NCBI GenBank assembly: GCA_021735045.1 | Contig: JAIPHU010000003.1 | Span: 304-64,303 of the forward strand | Reading direction: 5' to 3' | DNA from: Candidatus Omnitrophota bacterium | Lineage (GTDB): Bacteria; Omnitrophota; Gorgyraeia; Duberdicusellales; 4484-171 | Length of the DNA: 64,000 nucleotides | Part shown: one piece after another, positions 30,231-41,710 of the stretch | How positions within the stretch are numbered: the stretch's first letter is position 1 | How the letters are laid out: the number at the start of each line of letters is the position of its first letter | The notes under the pieces: model-generated | The model's input: only the letters and a program-made list of their open reading frames with translations | Database searches by the model: none | Told to the model about the DNA's origin: nothing | Made by a program: the position numbers and the translations under genes

Positions 30231-31994
30231 TTATTTAAATGGCTGGTATTTCTTACCAGACCACTCCATACCTAGTTGACCGGAAAACTCTAACATATTA
30301 AGCCTTACTCCGTGTACAATAACTGACATCAGCCCTAACAAAATATTTAAACCATGGCCAAAAAAAAGAATAATTGCAGCTAAAAAACCTCCTAAAATCC
30401 CTGAACCGGCGCCAAGCGCCATAGTATTAAAGGTAGAAGCAACCGCCACTGTAGCATAACCTACAGCAAAAAGCCGCAAATAAGAGACGATATCTGAAAA
30501 CGAACTAATAATATCCAAAGGTAAAGTTCCTAAACTAGATAATGCTCCTTTTAGTATATTTTTTTGCCAATTAGAAAATAAAATAACTGCTGTTATTCCT
30601 ACAGTCCCTAAGATTAAACTAAAATCTGGAATAGGATTATTTAAAACTAGTTTCCCGGCCACAAAAAAAGCCGCCCAAAGTATACAAACCCAGCCAATCT
30701 CTGCTAAGGCTTTCAGAGAATTAAGGTAGCGAAAAGCTTTTATAAGATGTGCTACCGATAGATGAACTACCCCAATTATAAAACAAAAATAGATCATAAA
30801 GCTTTGATTTGCCTGAACAAAACTGTTAATTTTGTTAATAACTAAAAGTTTAAATACCGGTAACTGAGCAATATTTTCTGCACCAAACCAAGTACCAGAT
30901 AACGCTCCCCAAATAATTGTAGAAATTGCTAAAACATAGATCAAAAAAAACGGAGCCGCAGGAGCTTTTTTAAATTTCTTTCTTGCTAAATAAGTTAAGA
31001 TCAAAAAAATAAAACCGTAGCCGGCATCGCCAATCAACATCGCAAAAAATAAACTAAAAAACATTAAAAACCAGAAGCTTATATCATATTCTTTATAGCC
31101 CGGCAAAGTTCCCATAAAATTAAAAATAGGCTTTATGATTTCAACCCATTTTGGATTTTTAAGTAATGTGGGTACTTTCTGTGGATTATCCGGTTTTTGA
31201 ACAACTATCCCCCAGCCCTTTTCTTTAGCCATCTCTTTTAGGTTTTCTACTGAAGCTTTGGGGCAAAACCCTAAAAGCCAAGACAAATTCTTTGACTCTG
31301 CCATTCCAAATTTTACTTTTATAAACTCAAACTTATTGATTAATTTATTTTTATACTCTTTAAAACAATGTTTGTAGACAGAGTATGATCTTATCTGTTC
31401 TTCTATCTCGTTTTTGCTTTCTTCTAGATAGTTAATTTTTTCTTTAAGTGACTGGAGGCTTTCCTTAGGAACTTCGACCCTTTTAAACCCTAGATCCTTA
31501 TTCTTATCTCTGGCGATATCTACTACCTGCAGATTAGGCCCCATCTGGCCTAGAACAAAAATTAAATTATTTTCTTTAACTTTTTTAAACTCCTTTTGAC
31601 TGCAGCTGTATAAATTTATAAAAACACCTTTATCGGCTAGTCTTTGAATATCTTTTTTTGAGATATCTCCCCATTGGCTAAACCAAACAGTTTTAGCTTT
31701 AAGCTCTACTAAATTTTCTTTTATTTTATTTTTTTCTTCTAATAATCCTATAATTTCTTTAGGAATAGCTACTAGTTCTTCTTTGCTAAGTTTTTTTTGT
31801 TTTTTCGATTCACCTAAAAATGTTAAAACTTTATCTATCCTGGATACTCTTTTTTTTACTGTATCTATATAGTCTGCATGCGGTTTTTTTAGATGAGACA
31901 CATGGACCACTCCTAGCTCGCGCAAATCATGTAAAGCTGAATCAATGCTTGTTTTTGAAACTAAAATTGTAACTTTGCTCATCTTTACAATCAT
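30231..31994 (-). CDS. V/A-type ATP synthase subunit I (a)
   Basis: 587 aa, soluble N-terminal coiled-coil half plus multi-pass C-terminal half containing a conserved Arg region. Confidence 0.7.
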   Translation of the reverse strand: MIVKMSKVTILVSKTSIDSALHDLRELGVVHVSHLKKPHADYIDTVKKRVSRIDKVLTFLGESKKQKKLSKEELVAIPKEIIGLLEEKNKIKENLVELKAKTVWFSQWGDISKKDIQRLADKGVFINLYSCSQKEFKKVKENNLIFVLGQMGPNLQVVDIARDKNKDLGFKRVEVPKESLQSLKEKINYLEESKNEIEEQIRSYSVYKHCFKEYKNKLINKFEFIKVKFGMAESKNLSWLLGFCPKASVENLKEMAKEKGWGIVVQKPDNPQKVPTLLKNPKWVEIIKPIFNFMGTLPGYKEYDISFWFLMFFSLFFAMLIGDAGYGFIFLILTYLARKKFKKAPAAPFFLIYVLAISTIIWGALSGTWFGAENIAQLPVFKLLVINKINSFVQANQSFMIYFCFIIGVVHLSVAHLIKAFRYLNSLKALAEIGWVCILWAAFFVAGKLVLNNPIPDFSLILGTVGITAVILFSNWQKNILKGALSSLGTLPLDIISSFSDIVSYLRLFAVGYATVAVASTFNTMALGAGSGILGGFLAAIILFFGHGLNILLGLMSVIVHGVRLNMLEFSGQLGMEWSGKKYQPFK

Positions 31995-32026
31995 TTATTA
32001 CCTCTTGCTTATCATCCTTTAACCAT

Positions 32027-32635
32027 TTATTGATTTATAGCCTTTTTTTGTTCAATTTTTGCTTTAGCAATTTTACCCCTGACTACAGCCGCTGTTCTTC
32101 TTTCCCCTAAATAAATTTGAATTATTCGAATATTATCTTCTGTCTCAGGAATTTTAACTTTCTCAAATAAATTTACCCTTTGATTAGTAATCCTTAACTC
32201 TTCCTTTAAGGCATCTAGTTGTTTATGTAGCACGATTAACTGCGCTTTATAGCTGATCATTTCTTTAACCGCTTCAATTCCGGAATCAACCCAAAACGGA
32301 GTTATCAAAAAATCATAACCATCTTGGCTAAATTCAACCTTATCAAAAATAGGTAGATCAACACCAGCTACATTACCTTCTTTGGTCTTTATAGCTTTAA
32401 CATTTAACAGTTCTCCTATAGGATTTTGTTGAGCAAACACATCAACCCATTCAATAACTTGATTTCTGAAACCCTCTTCTTGGCCTGACACCTCATCTAT
32501 CTGCTTATGAACTTTTAGGATTTGCCTCTGCAGCTGTTTTTTCTTTAGCTGTAAGGTAGGAAGATATCGCCTGAATCTTGCTAAAGAATCTTTTTGCTTG
32601 CGTAACTCTTGTTTGGTTATTCTAACTTTTGCCAT
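32027..32635 (-). CDS. V/A-type ATP synthase subunit D
   Basis: [36 protein letters not shown], 202 aa. Confidence 0.8.
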   Translation of the reverse strand: MAKVRITKQELRKQKDSLARFRRYLPTLQLKKKQLQRQILKVHKQIDEVSGQEEGFRNQVIEWVDVFAQQNPIGELLNVKAIKTKEGNVAGVDLPIFDKVEFSQDGYDFLITPFWVDSGIEAVKEMISYKAQLIVLHKQLDALKEELRITNQRVNLFEKVKIPETEDNIRIIQIYLGERRTAAVVRGKIAKAKIEQKKAINQ

Positions 32636-33923
32636 TAGGCCAAAACTCTTTTATCAAGTCACTTCTAAAGCTAGTTTCTTCCGGCTCAAAACAATCCGAA
32701 AGAATCTGCCAGCCATTATCTAAGGCCTTCTCGAGAGGAATATTTACTGCTAAATCCATCATCTCTGATTCAAAAAGCTTGCCGTATTTAAGAAGCTTTT
32801 TATCCCAAGAACTCATTCTAAAACCCATTGAACGCTTTTCTTCAGTATCCCTGTATTGAGCATAAAGTTGGATCATCCCATCCATAATCGCCCGATGATC
32901 TTTTCTCGTCTTATCGTTTACCTGCTGCTTAAGGCGGCTTAGTGACCCAAAAGGTGCTATTGAGCCTCCCCGCAGGTAAAATTGGCCTTCGGTAATATAG
33001 CCTGTATTGTCAGGAACCGGATGAGTTACATCATCGCCGGGCATGGTAGTTACTGATAAAACAGTAATCGAACCTGCATCTTCAAACTCAACTGCTTTTT
33101 CATATCTTTTCGCTAACTGACTGTAAAGATCGCCCGGATAACCTCTGTTGGAAGGAACTTGCTCCATAGTAATCGCAATCTCTTTTAAAGCATCAGCAAA
33201 ATTGGTCATATCTGAAAGTAAAACTAAAACATCTTTATTCTCAAGTGCGAATTTTTCTGCAACCGCCAGACAAAGATCAGGAATCATCAACCCTTCAACT
33301 ACGGGGTCAGATGCGGTATGAACAAAAAACACCGAACGAGAAAGAGCCCCACCTTCTTCTAATTTATTCTTAAAAAATAAATATTGATCATGCTTTAGGC
33401 CAATTCCGCCCAAAATTATCATATCAGCCTCAGCTTGTAAAGCAATTCTAGCTAACAACTCATTATAAGGCTCACCGGATATAGAAAATATGGGCAGCTT
33501 TTGAGAAACAACTAAAGAGTTAAAAACATCGATCATTGGTATATTTGTCCTAATCATCCTCTCGGGGATAGTTCTTTTAACTGGATTAACTGTCGGGCCT
33601 GATATCTCAATTGTATTTTCTGTTAAACTGGGCCCTTTATCTCTAGGCCTTCCGCTTCCGTCAAATACTCTACCTAACATATCCTCGGAAAATGAAACTT
33701 TCATCGGATAGCCTAAAAATATTACTTGGTCATTAGTTGAAATTCCCCGGCTTCCTGCAAAGACCTGCAAAGATACTAAATCGCCATCAACTTTTATAAC
33801 CTGAGCTAAAGATTTACCCCTACTGCTTCTAACTTCAGCCAGCTCTTGGTAAGAAACATCTTTTGCTTTAACTGTGATTACATTTCCGATAATGCTTAAA
33901 ATTTTACTATGAACTTTTCTCAT
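32622..33923 (-). CDS. V/A-type ATP synthase subunit B
   Basis: 433 aa, non-catalytic nucleotide-binding fold ([15 protein letters not shown]). Confidence 0.85.
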   Translation of the reverse strand: MRKVHSKILSIIGNVITVKAKDVSYQELAEVRSSRGKSLAQVIKVDGDLVSLQVFAGSRGISTNDQVIFLGYPMKVSFSEDMLGRVFDGSGRPRDKGPSLTENTIEISGPTVNPVKRTIPERMIRTNIPMIDVFNSLVVSQKLPIFSISGEPYNELLARIALQAEADMIILGGIGLKHDQYLFFKNKLEEGGALSRSVFFVHTASDPVVEGLMIPDLCLAVAEKFALENKDVLVLLSDMTNFADALKEIAITMEQVPSNRGYPGDLYSQLAKRYEKAVEFEDAGSITVLSVTTMPGDDVTHPVPDNTGYITEGQFYLRGGSIAPFGSLSRLKQQVNDKTRKDHRAIMDGMIQLYAQYRDTEEKRSMGFRMSSWDKKLLKYGKLFESEMMDLAVNIPLEKALDNGWQILSDCFEPEETSFRSDLIKEFWPNGKS

Positions 33924-35662
33924 TCTCCTTCCTCTTTTTGTTTTTGTGAACTTAAAAATTGATCAATCTCTTTTTCTAAGTTTTCATATTTATCTGAACC
34001 TTGCTCTGTATAGTTCCAATCAATAAAAAGCGATCTTAGTTTATAAAACATCTTTCTTGCCTGATCTTTATCAGAAAAACTAAACTTAACATCAAGAATA
34101 GAAAATATTTTATCAAAAACATAGGTTTGCCGCTTGATTCCTGTGGCTGCATCTACTGGATTAAACCCGTTCTGTTGAAGATAAACCGCATCTAAAAATT
34201 CAGCCTTCAGATATACTTGATAATCATCTATTGAAGTACCTTCTTCACCTACAACTTTCATCATCTGGTCGACTTCATCCCCCTTAGTTAAAACATCTTT
34301 AGCTTTTTGTACTTTATTTTTATCTAAAGGCGTTTGGTAGCGTGACCAGCTTTGCAACGGATCCACTGAAGGATATTTGCGGGCATTAGCTCTGTCTCGG
34401 GACAAGCCGTGGAAAGCCCCCACAACTTTAAGAGTGGATTGGGTAACTGGTTCATCAAAATTTCCCCCGGCCGGAGAGACAGTCCCGCCAATGGTAAGAC
34501 TTCCTTTTTTATCAAAGGGAAGCTGAACCTGGCCGGCTCTTTCGTAGAATTCAGCAATGCGAGATTCAAGATAAGCAGGATAAGCTTCTTCTCCTGGAAT
34601 TTCTTCCAACCTTCCTGAAATTTCGCGCATTGCTTGAGCCCAACGCGAAGTTGAATCTGCTAAAAGTAAAACATTTAACCCCATCTGTCGGTAATACTCA
34701 CCTAAAGTTGCGGCAGTATAAACCGATGCATCCCTGGCTGCAACCGGCATCGAACTTGTGTTGCAAATAACAATAGTTCTTTCCATAAGCGAACGCCCTG
34801 TACGCGGATCTTTTAATTTGGGAAATTCTTTTAAAGTTTCAACAACTTCTCCGGCTCTTTCCCCACAAGCAGCAAGCACCACAACATCTACATCTGCATA
34901 ACGGCTTATAAGTTGCTGCAAGACTGTTTTGCCTGATCCAAACGGACCGGGTATACAATAAGTTCCTCCTTTAGCCACTGGAAAAAAAGTATCTAAAATT
35001 CTCATCTTGGTAACTAATGATTCTTGCGGTGTAAACTTTTGAGTATAAGCTGAAATAGGAACCTTAACCGGCCAATTAGCTACCATAGTTACTTTTATCT
35101 TATTCCCGGATTGGTTTCCCAAAACTGCTATTTTATCCTTAACTTTATAGTCACCTTCTGAAGATATTTCTTCAACAGTTAAATCTCCTTTTGCAGAAAA
35201 AGGAACAAAAATAAAATGCTTAAAAATTCCTTCTTCAACATAACCCAGAGGTTGTCCCGCTGAAACCTTTTTACCTTTAATGTTTTCTTTAGGCCTAAAA
35301 TGCCACTTTTTTTTGCTGTCTACAGCTTCAAGTTGTTTACCCCTGGGCAAAAAGACCCCAAACTCTTTGGCCAAATCATGAAGAGGATTTTGCAACCCAT
35401 CATAAACCTGTCCAAGAAGGCCCGGGCCAAGCTCAACTGAAATCATTTCGCCTGAAAACTCAACCTTATCGCCTACTTTTATACCTTTTGTGTCTTCAAA
35501 AACCTGCATAGAAACAGTATTTTGGTTTATACGGATAACTTCTGATTTAAGGCGCTGCTGGTTGGCCACAACATAACCCACTTCATTCTGAGAAACACTT
35601 TCAGCAAATTCAACTGTAATCATATTCCCGCTAATTGCGGTTATTTTACCGGATTTTTTCAT
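33920..35662 (-). CDS. V/A-type ATP synthase catalytic subunit A
   Basis: GPFGSGKT Walker A, 580 aa, non-homologous insert region typical of A subunits. Confidence 0.9.
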   Translation of the reverse strand: MKKSGKITAISGNMITVEFAESVSQNEVGYVVANQQRLKSEVIRINQNTVSMQVFEDTKGIKVGDKVEFSGEMISVELGPGLLGQVYDGLQNPLHDLAKEFGVFLPRGKQLEAVDSKKKWHFRPKENIKGKKVSAGQPLGYVEEGIFKHFIFVPFSAKGDLTVEEISSEGDYKVKDKIAVLGNQSGNKIKVTMVANWPVKVPISAYTQKFTPQESLVTKMRILDTFFPVAKGGTYCIPGPFGSGKTVLQQLISRYADVDVVVLAACGERAGEVVETLKEFPKLKDPRTGRSLMERTIVICNTSSMPVAARDASVYTAATLGEYYRQMGLNVLLLADSTSRWAQAMREISGRLEEIPGEEAYPAYLESRIAEFYERAGQVQLPFDKKGSLTIGGTVSPAGGNFDEPVTQSTLKVVGAFHGLSRDRANARKYPSVDPLQSWSRYQTPLDKNKVQKAKDVLTKGDEVDQMMKVVGEEGTSIDDYQVYLKAEFLDAVYLQQNGFNPVDAATGIKRQTYVFDKIFSILDVKFSFSDKDQARKMFYKLRSLFIDWNYTEQGSDKYENLEKEIDQFLSSQKQKEEGE

Positions 35663-35779
35663 CTTTTAACCTCATTACTTTTTTCTTCCTTTCAAAGCTT
35701 AACTTCAATCGTTAGTTTTTCCCCTTAATCAGCAATTGATGGAACCAATATTTTCTCTCTTTACGACAGGTAGCTTTTG

Positions 35780-36292
35780 CTATCGCAAAAGATTGGTTTC
35801 ATTTTCTACCTCTGTTAATGAATCAAATTTTTTAGTTCCTTCTTTTTTATCAAAACTCAATACTTTTTCTAATATTTGCAATTTTAGAAAATAAGCTATT
35901 ACCGCCTCTAAGTTAAAAACATATTCTTTAGACCGCTCGCTGAGCTCTTGCCACCTGTAAAAAAATAGTTTATTCTCAACTTCCAGCGGATTACCCTCAA
36001 GAAGTTTCTTTTCTAAAATCAATCGGGGCCCATATTCTTGTTTACTTTTTTTACTCTGTCTGTAAGCTGCCAACTCTTTTCTTAAACTTAGCTCAAACTC
36101 TTTATATTCTTGTAAAAACCGGTTTTTACCTTTTTTTTCTAAATCATCCAGATCCGCTTCTTGCAGCTTAATAAAATCTTCTTTAGTTAACCATTTTTTT
36201 GCTTCCTCTAGAAAAGAATTCTTATCTAAATAGTTTTGTTCCCTAAATTTAAGCAGAGGAAGTTGAGCAATAAGATAGTAGTATTTATCCAT
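35780..36292 (-). CDS. Hypothetical protein within the V-ATPase operon (possibly divergent C/d or F-like accessory subunit)
   Basis: 170 aa, helical. Between E and A. No recognizable motif. Confidence 0.3.
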   Translation of the reverse strand: MDKYYYLIAQLPLLKFREQNYLDKNSFLEEAKKWLTKEDFIKLQEADLDDLEKKGKNRFLQEYKEFELSLRKELAAYRQSKKSKQEYGPRLILEKKLLEGNPLEVENKLFFYRWQELSERSKEYVFNLEAVIAYFLKLQILEKVLSFDKKEGTKKFDSLTEVENETNLLR

Positions 36293-36896
36293 TCTTTTTA
36301 TCTGAAATTAGATCTGCTAGAGTAGAATTTAAAAAAACCGATAAACTTTCAGTTATGCCTTCATCGGAGAAATCATAGTAGGTGTCTTCTCCTTTTACCC
36401 CAACCTGAAAACCTTTTTCTATTGTACTAGAGCTTTTTATTTCAATATTATCTTTAGCTTTTTGGCCAAACTTTGAAAATATTAACTTTTCTAGCTCTTT
36501 TTTATCTTTATCGTTTACTAAAATTTCAAACTCTTTGTCTTTTTGTTTACTCCATTTATCAATTATGCTCTCTAACATTTTTGCCAGAGTATCAGGGCTT
36601 AATGATTCTTTTAATTCTTGTTTTAAAATACTGTCAAAAATAGAAGTGAGTTTTTCTCTAACTGAAAGAATCACATTACGCGCGGCTTGTTTTATGGAGC
36701 TTTGCGCGTTTTCTTGAAATTTTTGAGCTTCTTTTTTTGCTTCTTCTTTAATTTTTTCAGCTTTATCCTTTGCCTCTTGTACTATCTTTTTTTCTTTGTT
36801 GTGAGCTTGTTTTATTATCTGATCTGATTCTTGCTGGGCTTGATCTAGGCCTTCTTTTTTAATTTTCTCGATTAAACTTTCTAATTTAACATCCAT
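36285..36896 (-). CDS. V/A-type ATP synthase subunit E
   Basis: 203 aa, N-terminal long charged coiled coil (KEAKDKAEKIKEEAKKEAQ), globular C-terminus. Confidence 0.65.
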   Translation of the reverse strand: MDVKLESLIEKIKKEGLDQAQQESDQIIKQAHNKEKKIVQEAKDKAEKIKEEAKKEAQKFQENAQSSIKQAARNVILSVREKLTSIFDSILKQELKESLSPDTLAKMLESIIDKWSKQKDKEFEILVNDKDKKELEKLIFSKFGQKAKDNIEIKSSSTIEKGFQVGVKGEDTYYDFSDEGITESLSVFLNSTLADLISDKKNG

Positions 36897-36985
36897 ATTT
36901 TCCCTCCGAATTTTTATTTAGAATGAAATTATAAGGCTTTCAGTTAAAAATGCAAATTATTTTAAAACTTGCTTTTTAAACTAAT

Positions 36986-37687
36986 TTAAAAAGCACTTTC
37001 TATTAAATTTTCCGCAGCTTTATAGGGATTGTCGCTTTTGACAATAGGGCGGCCCACAACAAAATAGTCCGAACCGGATTTTACTGCATCGGCTAGACTA
37101 GCAGTTCTTTTCTGATCATCAGCAGATGATTCCTGCTTACTCTCCAAAGCTTTAGCGTAGGAGGGCCTTATCCCGGGAGTTACAGCAAGCAAACCCGTTG
37201 TTTCTTTAATCGCCTTTGCTTCCCAGACACTGCAAACAACACCTTGGACTCCTGCTTCTTTTCCTTCTTTAGCCAAGCTTAAAATTTGCTCTAAGGAAGC
37301 TTCTTTTGAAGTTAACTCTGTAACTCCAAAAACTAAAGGAGTTCTTTTGTTTTTTTCTTTAGCATATTTTGAAATTTTATTAGTTAATGTTGAAATGCTT
37401 TCTCTGCCTGCTTTTAGGTGCACAGTAAAAGCCCAGATACCCAAATCGACAAAAGCTTTAGCAGTTTCGGCCATCGTATTTGGAATATCATAAAGTTTAA
37501 AATCTAAAAAAACCTCCGCACTTTTTTTATGAACCCAACTAATAGCCTCCGGGCCAAATCTAGTATAGGCTACCGGGCCTATTTTAAATTTTTTTACTTT
37601 AGGGGTAAGTTTTGCGACTATATTTTTTATCTTTTGCTCCGAATCTAGATCAAGAGCAACAACTAAATTAGGCCATAAATCAGGCAT
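36986..37687 (-). CDS. pyrF: Orotidine 5'-phosphate decarboxylase
   Basis: LVVALDLDSEQK with active-site K. DFKLYDIPNT motif. Confidence 0.8.
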   Translation of the reverse strand: MPDLWPNLVVALDLDSEQKIKNIVAKLTPKVKKFKIGPVAYTRFGPEAISWVHKKSAEVFLDFKLYDIPNTMAETAKAFVDLGIWAFTVHLKAGRESISTLTNKISKYAKEKNKRTPLVFGVTELTSKEASLEQILSLAKEGKEAGVQGVVCSVWEAKAIKETTGLLAVTPGIRPSYAKALESKQESSADDQKRTASLADAVKSGSDYFVVGRPIVKSDNPYKAAENLIESAF

Positions 37688-38585
37688 TAAAACTTCTCCT
37701 TAAATCTCCTAAATTTTTCATTTTATTTTTTTTCATATATTTTTTAACTTCCTTTAATATATCTTTTGCACTATTAGGGTCGGTCAAATTTATAGTCCCT
37801 AGGCTCACTGCAGCTGACCCGGCAAGAAAAAATTCTATAGCATCTTTATAGTTTATGATCCCGCCTCCGCCAATTACCGGAAGCTTAACAGAATTTGCCA
37901 CCTGCCAGACCCTATACAAACTCATCGGCTTTATCGCCGGCCCTGAATAACCGCCAGTTATATTTCCTAAATACGATTTTTTCTTTTCTATGTCGATAGC
38001 TAAAGAAAAATAAGTATTTACCATCGAAACTGCATCTGCACCAGCATCGGAAACAGCTTTAGCTATCTTTACAATATCAGTAACTTCTGGGGTAAGTTTT
38101 GCGATTAAAGTTTTTTTAGTTAACTTTCTTAAGTTTTTTATCAAGTCAGAACTTAATTTTTGGCTCTGTGAAATTAATTTCTTCTTACCCAAATTAGGAC
38201 AAGATAGATTAAGTTCAAAAGCATCAACCTTGTCTTCTTTGTCTAGTTTCTCTACTAGTTGCTTATATTCTTTTTTAAAAGACCCCCCTAAACTTACAAT
38301 ATGTTTGGTTTTTAACTTTCCTAACGCTGGAAGTTTTTCTTTAATAAATGAATCAACACCGGGATTAGCCAGCCCTATTGAGTTGATCACTCCACAATTT
38401 GTTTCATAAATACGGGGAGGAATATTGCCTTCCCTGGGCTCTAGCGTAATAGTTTTTGAAACTACCGCCCCAATTGAGGAAAAATCAACTAGCCCCTTTA
38501 ACTCATCACCAAAACCAAATGTACCAGAAGCACATATAATTGGGTTTTTTAACGTTAATTTACCAATATTGACTGCTAAATCCAT
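37680..38585 (-). CDS. pyrD: Dihydroorotate dehydrogenase catalytic subunit (class 1B-like)
   Basis: NPIICASGTFGFG, NLSCPN, GGGGI motifs. Confidence 0.85.
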   Translation of the reverse strand: MDLAVNIGKLTLKNPIICASGTFGFGDELKGLVDFSSIGAVVSKTITLEPREGNIPPRIYETNCGVINSIGLANPGVDSFIKEKLPALGKLKTKHIVSLGGSFKKEYKQLVEKLDKEDKVDAFELNLSCPNLGKKKLISQSQKLSSDLIKNLRKLTKKTLIAKLTPEVTDIVKIAKAVSDAGADAVSMVNTYFSLAIDIEKKKSYLGNITGGYSGPAIKPMSLYRVWQVANSVKLPVIGGGGIINYKDAIEFFLAGSAAVSLGTINLTDPNSAKDILKEVKKYMKKNKMKNLGDLRRSFNA

Positions 38586-38630
38586 CTTCTTATTCTATTC
38601 TATAACCACTTAATTTTCAAATAATAAAAG

Positions 38631-38987
38631 TTACTTACCTAAGATCATTTTTAAAGAAACAACTAATAAAAACGCACCGAAAAATCTTTTTAGAACTAAA
38701 TCTGGTATTTTATGAACAAATTTTGCCCCTAAATAACCACCGACAAAAAAACCTAGACACATTAGTGCTGCTACTTTTATCTTTACATTGCCGGCCTGAT
38801 AATACTTGATTGCAGCCAATAAGCCAATGGGGGGAATCATCATCGCTAAAGTTGTGCCTTGAGCTTGATGCTGGCTAAACCCAACCAAATAAACCAAAGC
38901 AGGAATCATTACAGCTCCTCCTCCTAGCCCTAAAAAACCACTAAAAACCCCTGCACCCAATCCTAAAGCTATATATAAATACCACAT
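38631..38987 (-). CDS. TauE/SafE (DUF81) family small membrane protein
   Basis: 118 aa. GLGGGAVMIPALV motif typical of TauE/SafE half-repeats. Confidence 0.5.
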   Translation of the reverse strand: MWYLYIALGLGAGVFSGFLGLGGGAVMIPALVYLVGFSQHQAQGTTLAMMIPPIGLLAAIKYYQAGNVKIKVAALMCLGFFVGGYLGAKFVHKIPDLVLKRFFGAFLLVVSLKMILGK

Positions 38988-39004
38988 ATTTTCCTCCTTA
39001 AATC

Positions 39005-39823
39005 TTAGTATATTTCTTTTAGATTAAATACTGGCCCGTCCTGACACACTTTTTTATACCCCGTCTTAGTAGGAATAACACAGGCAGAGCAAACACCTAA
39101 ACCACAACCCATAAACTGTTCAAAAGAAAGTTGAGTATTTATATTTTTATAATTTTTTAAAATTTTATTTATTTGGTCAAACATATCTTTAGGGCCGCAA
39201 GCATAAATATTAGCCCGAAGCCCAAAGTCCGAAGTCCGAAGTCTTTTTTTTAGTAAGTCAGTTACAAAACCCTTATATCCTTTTGAGCCATCCTCACTAG
39301 CAATTTTTACCTGAAAACCTAATTTTTTAAATTCTTCCTCACACACTAATTCTTTCTTATCTTTTGCCCCCATTAATATTATATTATCTGGCGTTGAACG
39401 TTGCCCGCCTGCCGGCGAGGCAGGGACTTTAGACATTGGACGTTTTGCCAACTTCTGTGCCAAAAACAGTAAAGGAGCAACCCCAATTCCACCCGCAACC
39501 AAAATTGAATTTTCTCTTCTTTTTACCTTAAACCCATTTCCTAACGGCCCAATAAGATCTAGCTGATCGTTTTTTTTCTTTTCAGCTAAAGCTTTTGTTC
39601 CCCTACCTCTTTGCTTAAACAAGATATATATTAGATCATCTTTTACTCTGTGGATGCTTAAAGGCCTGCGTAGGATTGTTGTATTTACTTTTAGATGAAG
39701 AAAGTTACCCGGTTTAGCAGTTTGAGCAATATAAGCAGATCTGAAACTGAGTAAAAAAATATCATTTCTTACTTTCTTAACTTGGTCTATCTTTACAGTT
39801 AATTGTTTTGCTTCTTTTTTCAT
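39005..39823 (-). CDS. pyrK: Dihydroorotate dehydrogenase electron-transfer subunit
   Basis: FAD/NAD-binding fold, C-terminal CGLGVCSACV 2Fe-2S cysteine cluster. Confidence 0.75.
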   Translation of the reverse strand: MKKEAKQLTVKIDQVKKVRNDIFLLSFRSAYIAQTAKPGNFLHLKVNTTILRRPLSIHRVKDDLIYILFKQRGRGTKALAEKKKNDQLDLIGPLGNGFKVKRRENSILVAGGIGVAPLLFLAQKLAKRPMSKVPASPAGGQRSTPDNIILMGAKDKKELVCEEEFKKLGFQVKIASEDGSKGYKGFVTDLLKKRLRTSDFGLRANIYACGPKDMFDQINKILKNYKNINTQLSFEQFMGCGLGVCSACVIPTKTGYKKVCQDGPVFNLKEIY

Positions 39824-39910
39824 TGCCTTATTTTATCAGAAATCAATAGTTTCTCAATTTCTTCTTGCCCCGCCTTGCAGACGTCCTATATTTGCCTATT
39901 TGGGTACACC

Positions 39911-41710
39911 CTACAAGATATCTATAAACTTAGCTTCAAGTAGCCCTCGAACTGAATTGCCCAAATAAATTTTATCTGCTTTTTTTAAATCTCTTAAATA
40001 GAGTTTTTTGGCTTTGGCTTTCTTGCTTTGCAATAGATGCTGCCGGAAAACTCCTGGCAAAAGCCCCGAAGATAGTATTGGGGTGTATAAGTTGCCTTTT
40101 TTTGCCAGAAAAATATTTGTAATTGTTCCTTCGGTTAATTCATTTTTTTGATTGAGAAAGATTGTTTCAAAAAACCCTTCTTTTTGAGCTTTTTTTCTGG
40201 CTTGATTGTAAAAATCTCTCTTTGTTGTTTTATGGTAAAGATAAATGCTAGACGAATCTATTCTTTTTTTATGAATTTTAACTTTAACCGGTGATTTAAT
40301 TTTTTGTACCTTTTTTGCAGAAACCATTATTTGTCCTGATTGATCAAGCAAAAGCCTTAGTTTGGTATCCTGGTTTCTTTTGGTTACTTCTTCTTTTAAC
40401 TTTTTTTTTATTTTTTTTGGATAAAAAGAAAAAGAAAAAAATTGACAGGATTCTTTAAGCCGTCTTAAGTGTAGCTCCAGCAACCAAAACCCCTGGTCCT
40501 TAGACCAGAGTATTGTCTCGATCAATTGAGGTGGCTTTTGTAATTTTGTAAAAAAGTCTGCCTTCAGTAACGCTTCTTTATATTCAGCTTCTTTGTTTGA
40601 ATCATAAAGAATACCTCCTCCTACCCCCAGCTGCCCTTTTTCTTTTTTAATTTCTAATGTTCTTATCGCAACATTAAAACAAGCATTTCTTTTTGGAGAA
40701 ATATAGCCTATAGCTCCAGTATATATTCTTCGTGGTTCTTTTTCTAAATCTCTTATTATTTCCATTGTTTTTATCTTTGGCGCCCCAGTTACTGACCCAC
40801 AGGGAAAAAGAGCCGAAAATATCTCCTTTATTTTTTTTCTTTTTTTTAGTTTAGCTTCAATGGTGGAGGTCATTTGATAAAGAGTACGGTATTTTTCAAT
40901 ATCAAAGAGCCTCGGTACTTCCACTTTTTCAGAAATTCTCCCTAAATCATTGCGCAGAAGATCTGTGATCATCAGGTTTTCTGCTTTAATCTTTCTGCTT
41001 TTAGCAAATTGACGTACTTTATTTTTGTCTTTGGGAATACTTTTACCTCGAGAAAGAGTTCCTTTCATCGGCCTGGTTATAACTTTATTTTTCTTTATTC
41101 TAATAAATAATTCTGGGGAAAAAGAAAGAAATGTATTTGTATCGTCTGGCTTAATCAAAGCTGCATAAGAAGTCGGCTGGCTGATCCGCAAATGATTATA
41201 AAGATTTAAGGGATTTCCTTTGAAATCAAAATTAATCTTAAAGGTAAAATTAGTTTGATAGCTAAAACCTTCTTTTAAAAAATATTTAATTTTTTTAATT
41301 TTATTTTTATACTCTTGTTTGGTAATATTTGGCTTTACATTTTTTATTAAAAAATCTTCTCTATATTGATTCTGATCATTTTTTATCTTAATTTCTTGAG
41401 GGGCTTTTGTTACTAGTAACCAGACAAGAGGCGTGTCTTTTTTATCTTGTAGGCTTTTTAGGCTATCTTCTAGAAAGTAACCAAACTCATAACAAAAATA
41501 CCCCGTTAGCCAAAATCCTTTTTTTAGCCGATTGTCTATTTTTTTAAAAAAAGAGTCTACCGAATCTTTGGGCCTAAAAATTAATGTTTCAACTACATCC
41601 GAAAAAAGAAAAGATTTTTTATTTTCTCCATCCTTTCGGATTGTATCTAAAAGTAGGTAGGGAGGTTTTAACCGCAACAATTTTTTCTGAGTTAATAAAG
41701 AAATAGCCAT
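39911..41710 (-). CDS. pabB: Aminodeoxychorismate synthase component I fused to class-IV aminotransferase (PabB-PabC fusion)
   Basis: Chorismate-binding motifs (FPCGSVTGAPK, TGAIGY). C-terminal ~220 aa with class-IV aminotransferase / ADC lyase features. Confidence 0.7.
   Translation of the reverse strand: MAISLLTQKKLLRLKPPYLLLDTIRKDGENKKSFLFSDVVETLIFRPKDSVDSFFKKIDNRLKKGFWLTGYFCYEFGYFLEDSLKSLQDKKDTPLVWLLVTKAPQEIKIKNDQNQYREDFLIKNVKPNITKQEYKNKIKKIKYFLKEGFSYQTNFTFKINFDFKGNPLNLYNHLRISQPTSYAALIKPDDTNTFLSFSPELFIRIKKNKVITRPMKGTLSRGKSIPKDKNKVRQFAKSRKIKAENLMITDLLRNDLGRISEKVEVPRLFDIEKYRTLYQMTSTIEAKLKKRKKIKEIFSALFPCGSVTGAPKIKTMEIIRDLEKEPRRIYTGAIGYISPKRNACFNVAIRTLEIKKEKGQLGVGGGILYDSNKEAEYKEALLKADFFTKLQKPPQLIETILWSKDQGFWLLELHLRRLKESCQFFSFSFYPKKIKKKLKEEVTKRNQDTKLRLLLDQSGQIMVSAKKVQKIKSPVKVKIHKKRIDSSSIYLYHKTTKRDFYNQARKKAQKEGFFETIFLNQKNELTEGTITNIFLAKKGNLYTPILSSGLLPGVFRQHLLQSKKAKAKKLYLRDLKKADKIYLGNSVRGLLEAKFIDIL

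Noticed and set aside
39222-39246. Tandem CCGAAGT repeat
   Set aside because: Lies inside pyrK coding sequence (encodes RTSDFGLR). In-frame microsatellite, not a regulatory repeat.
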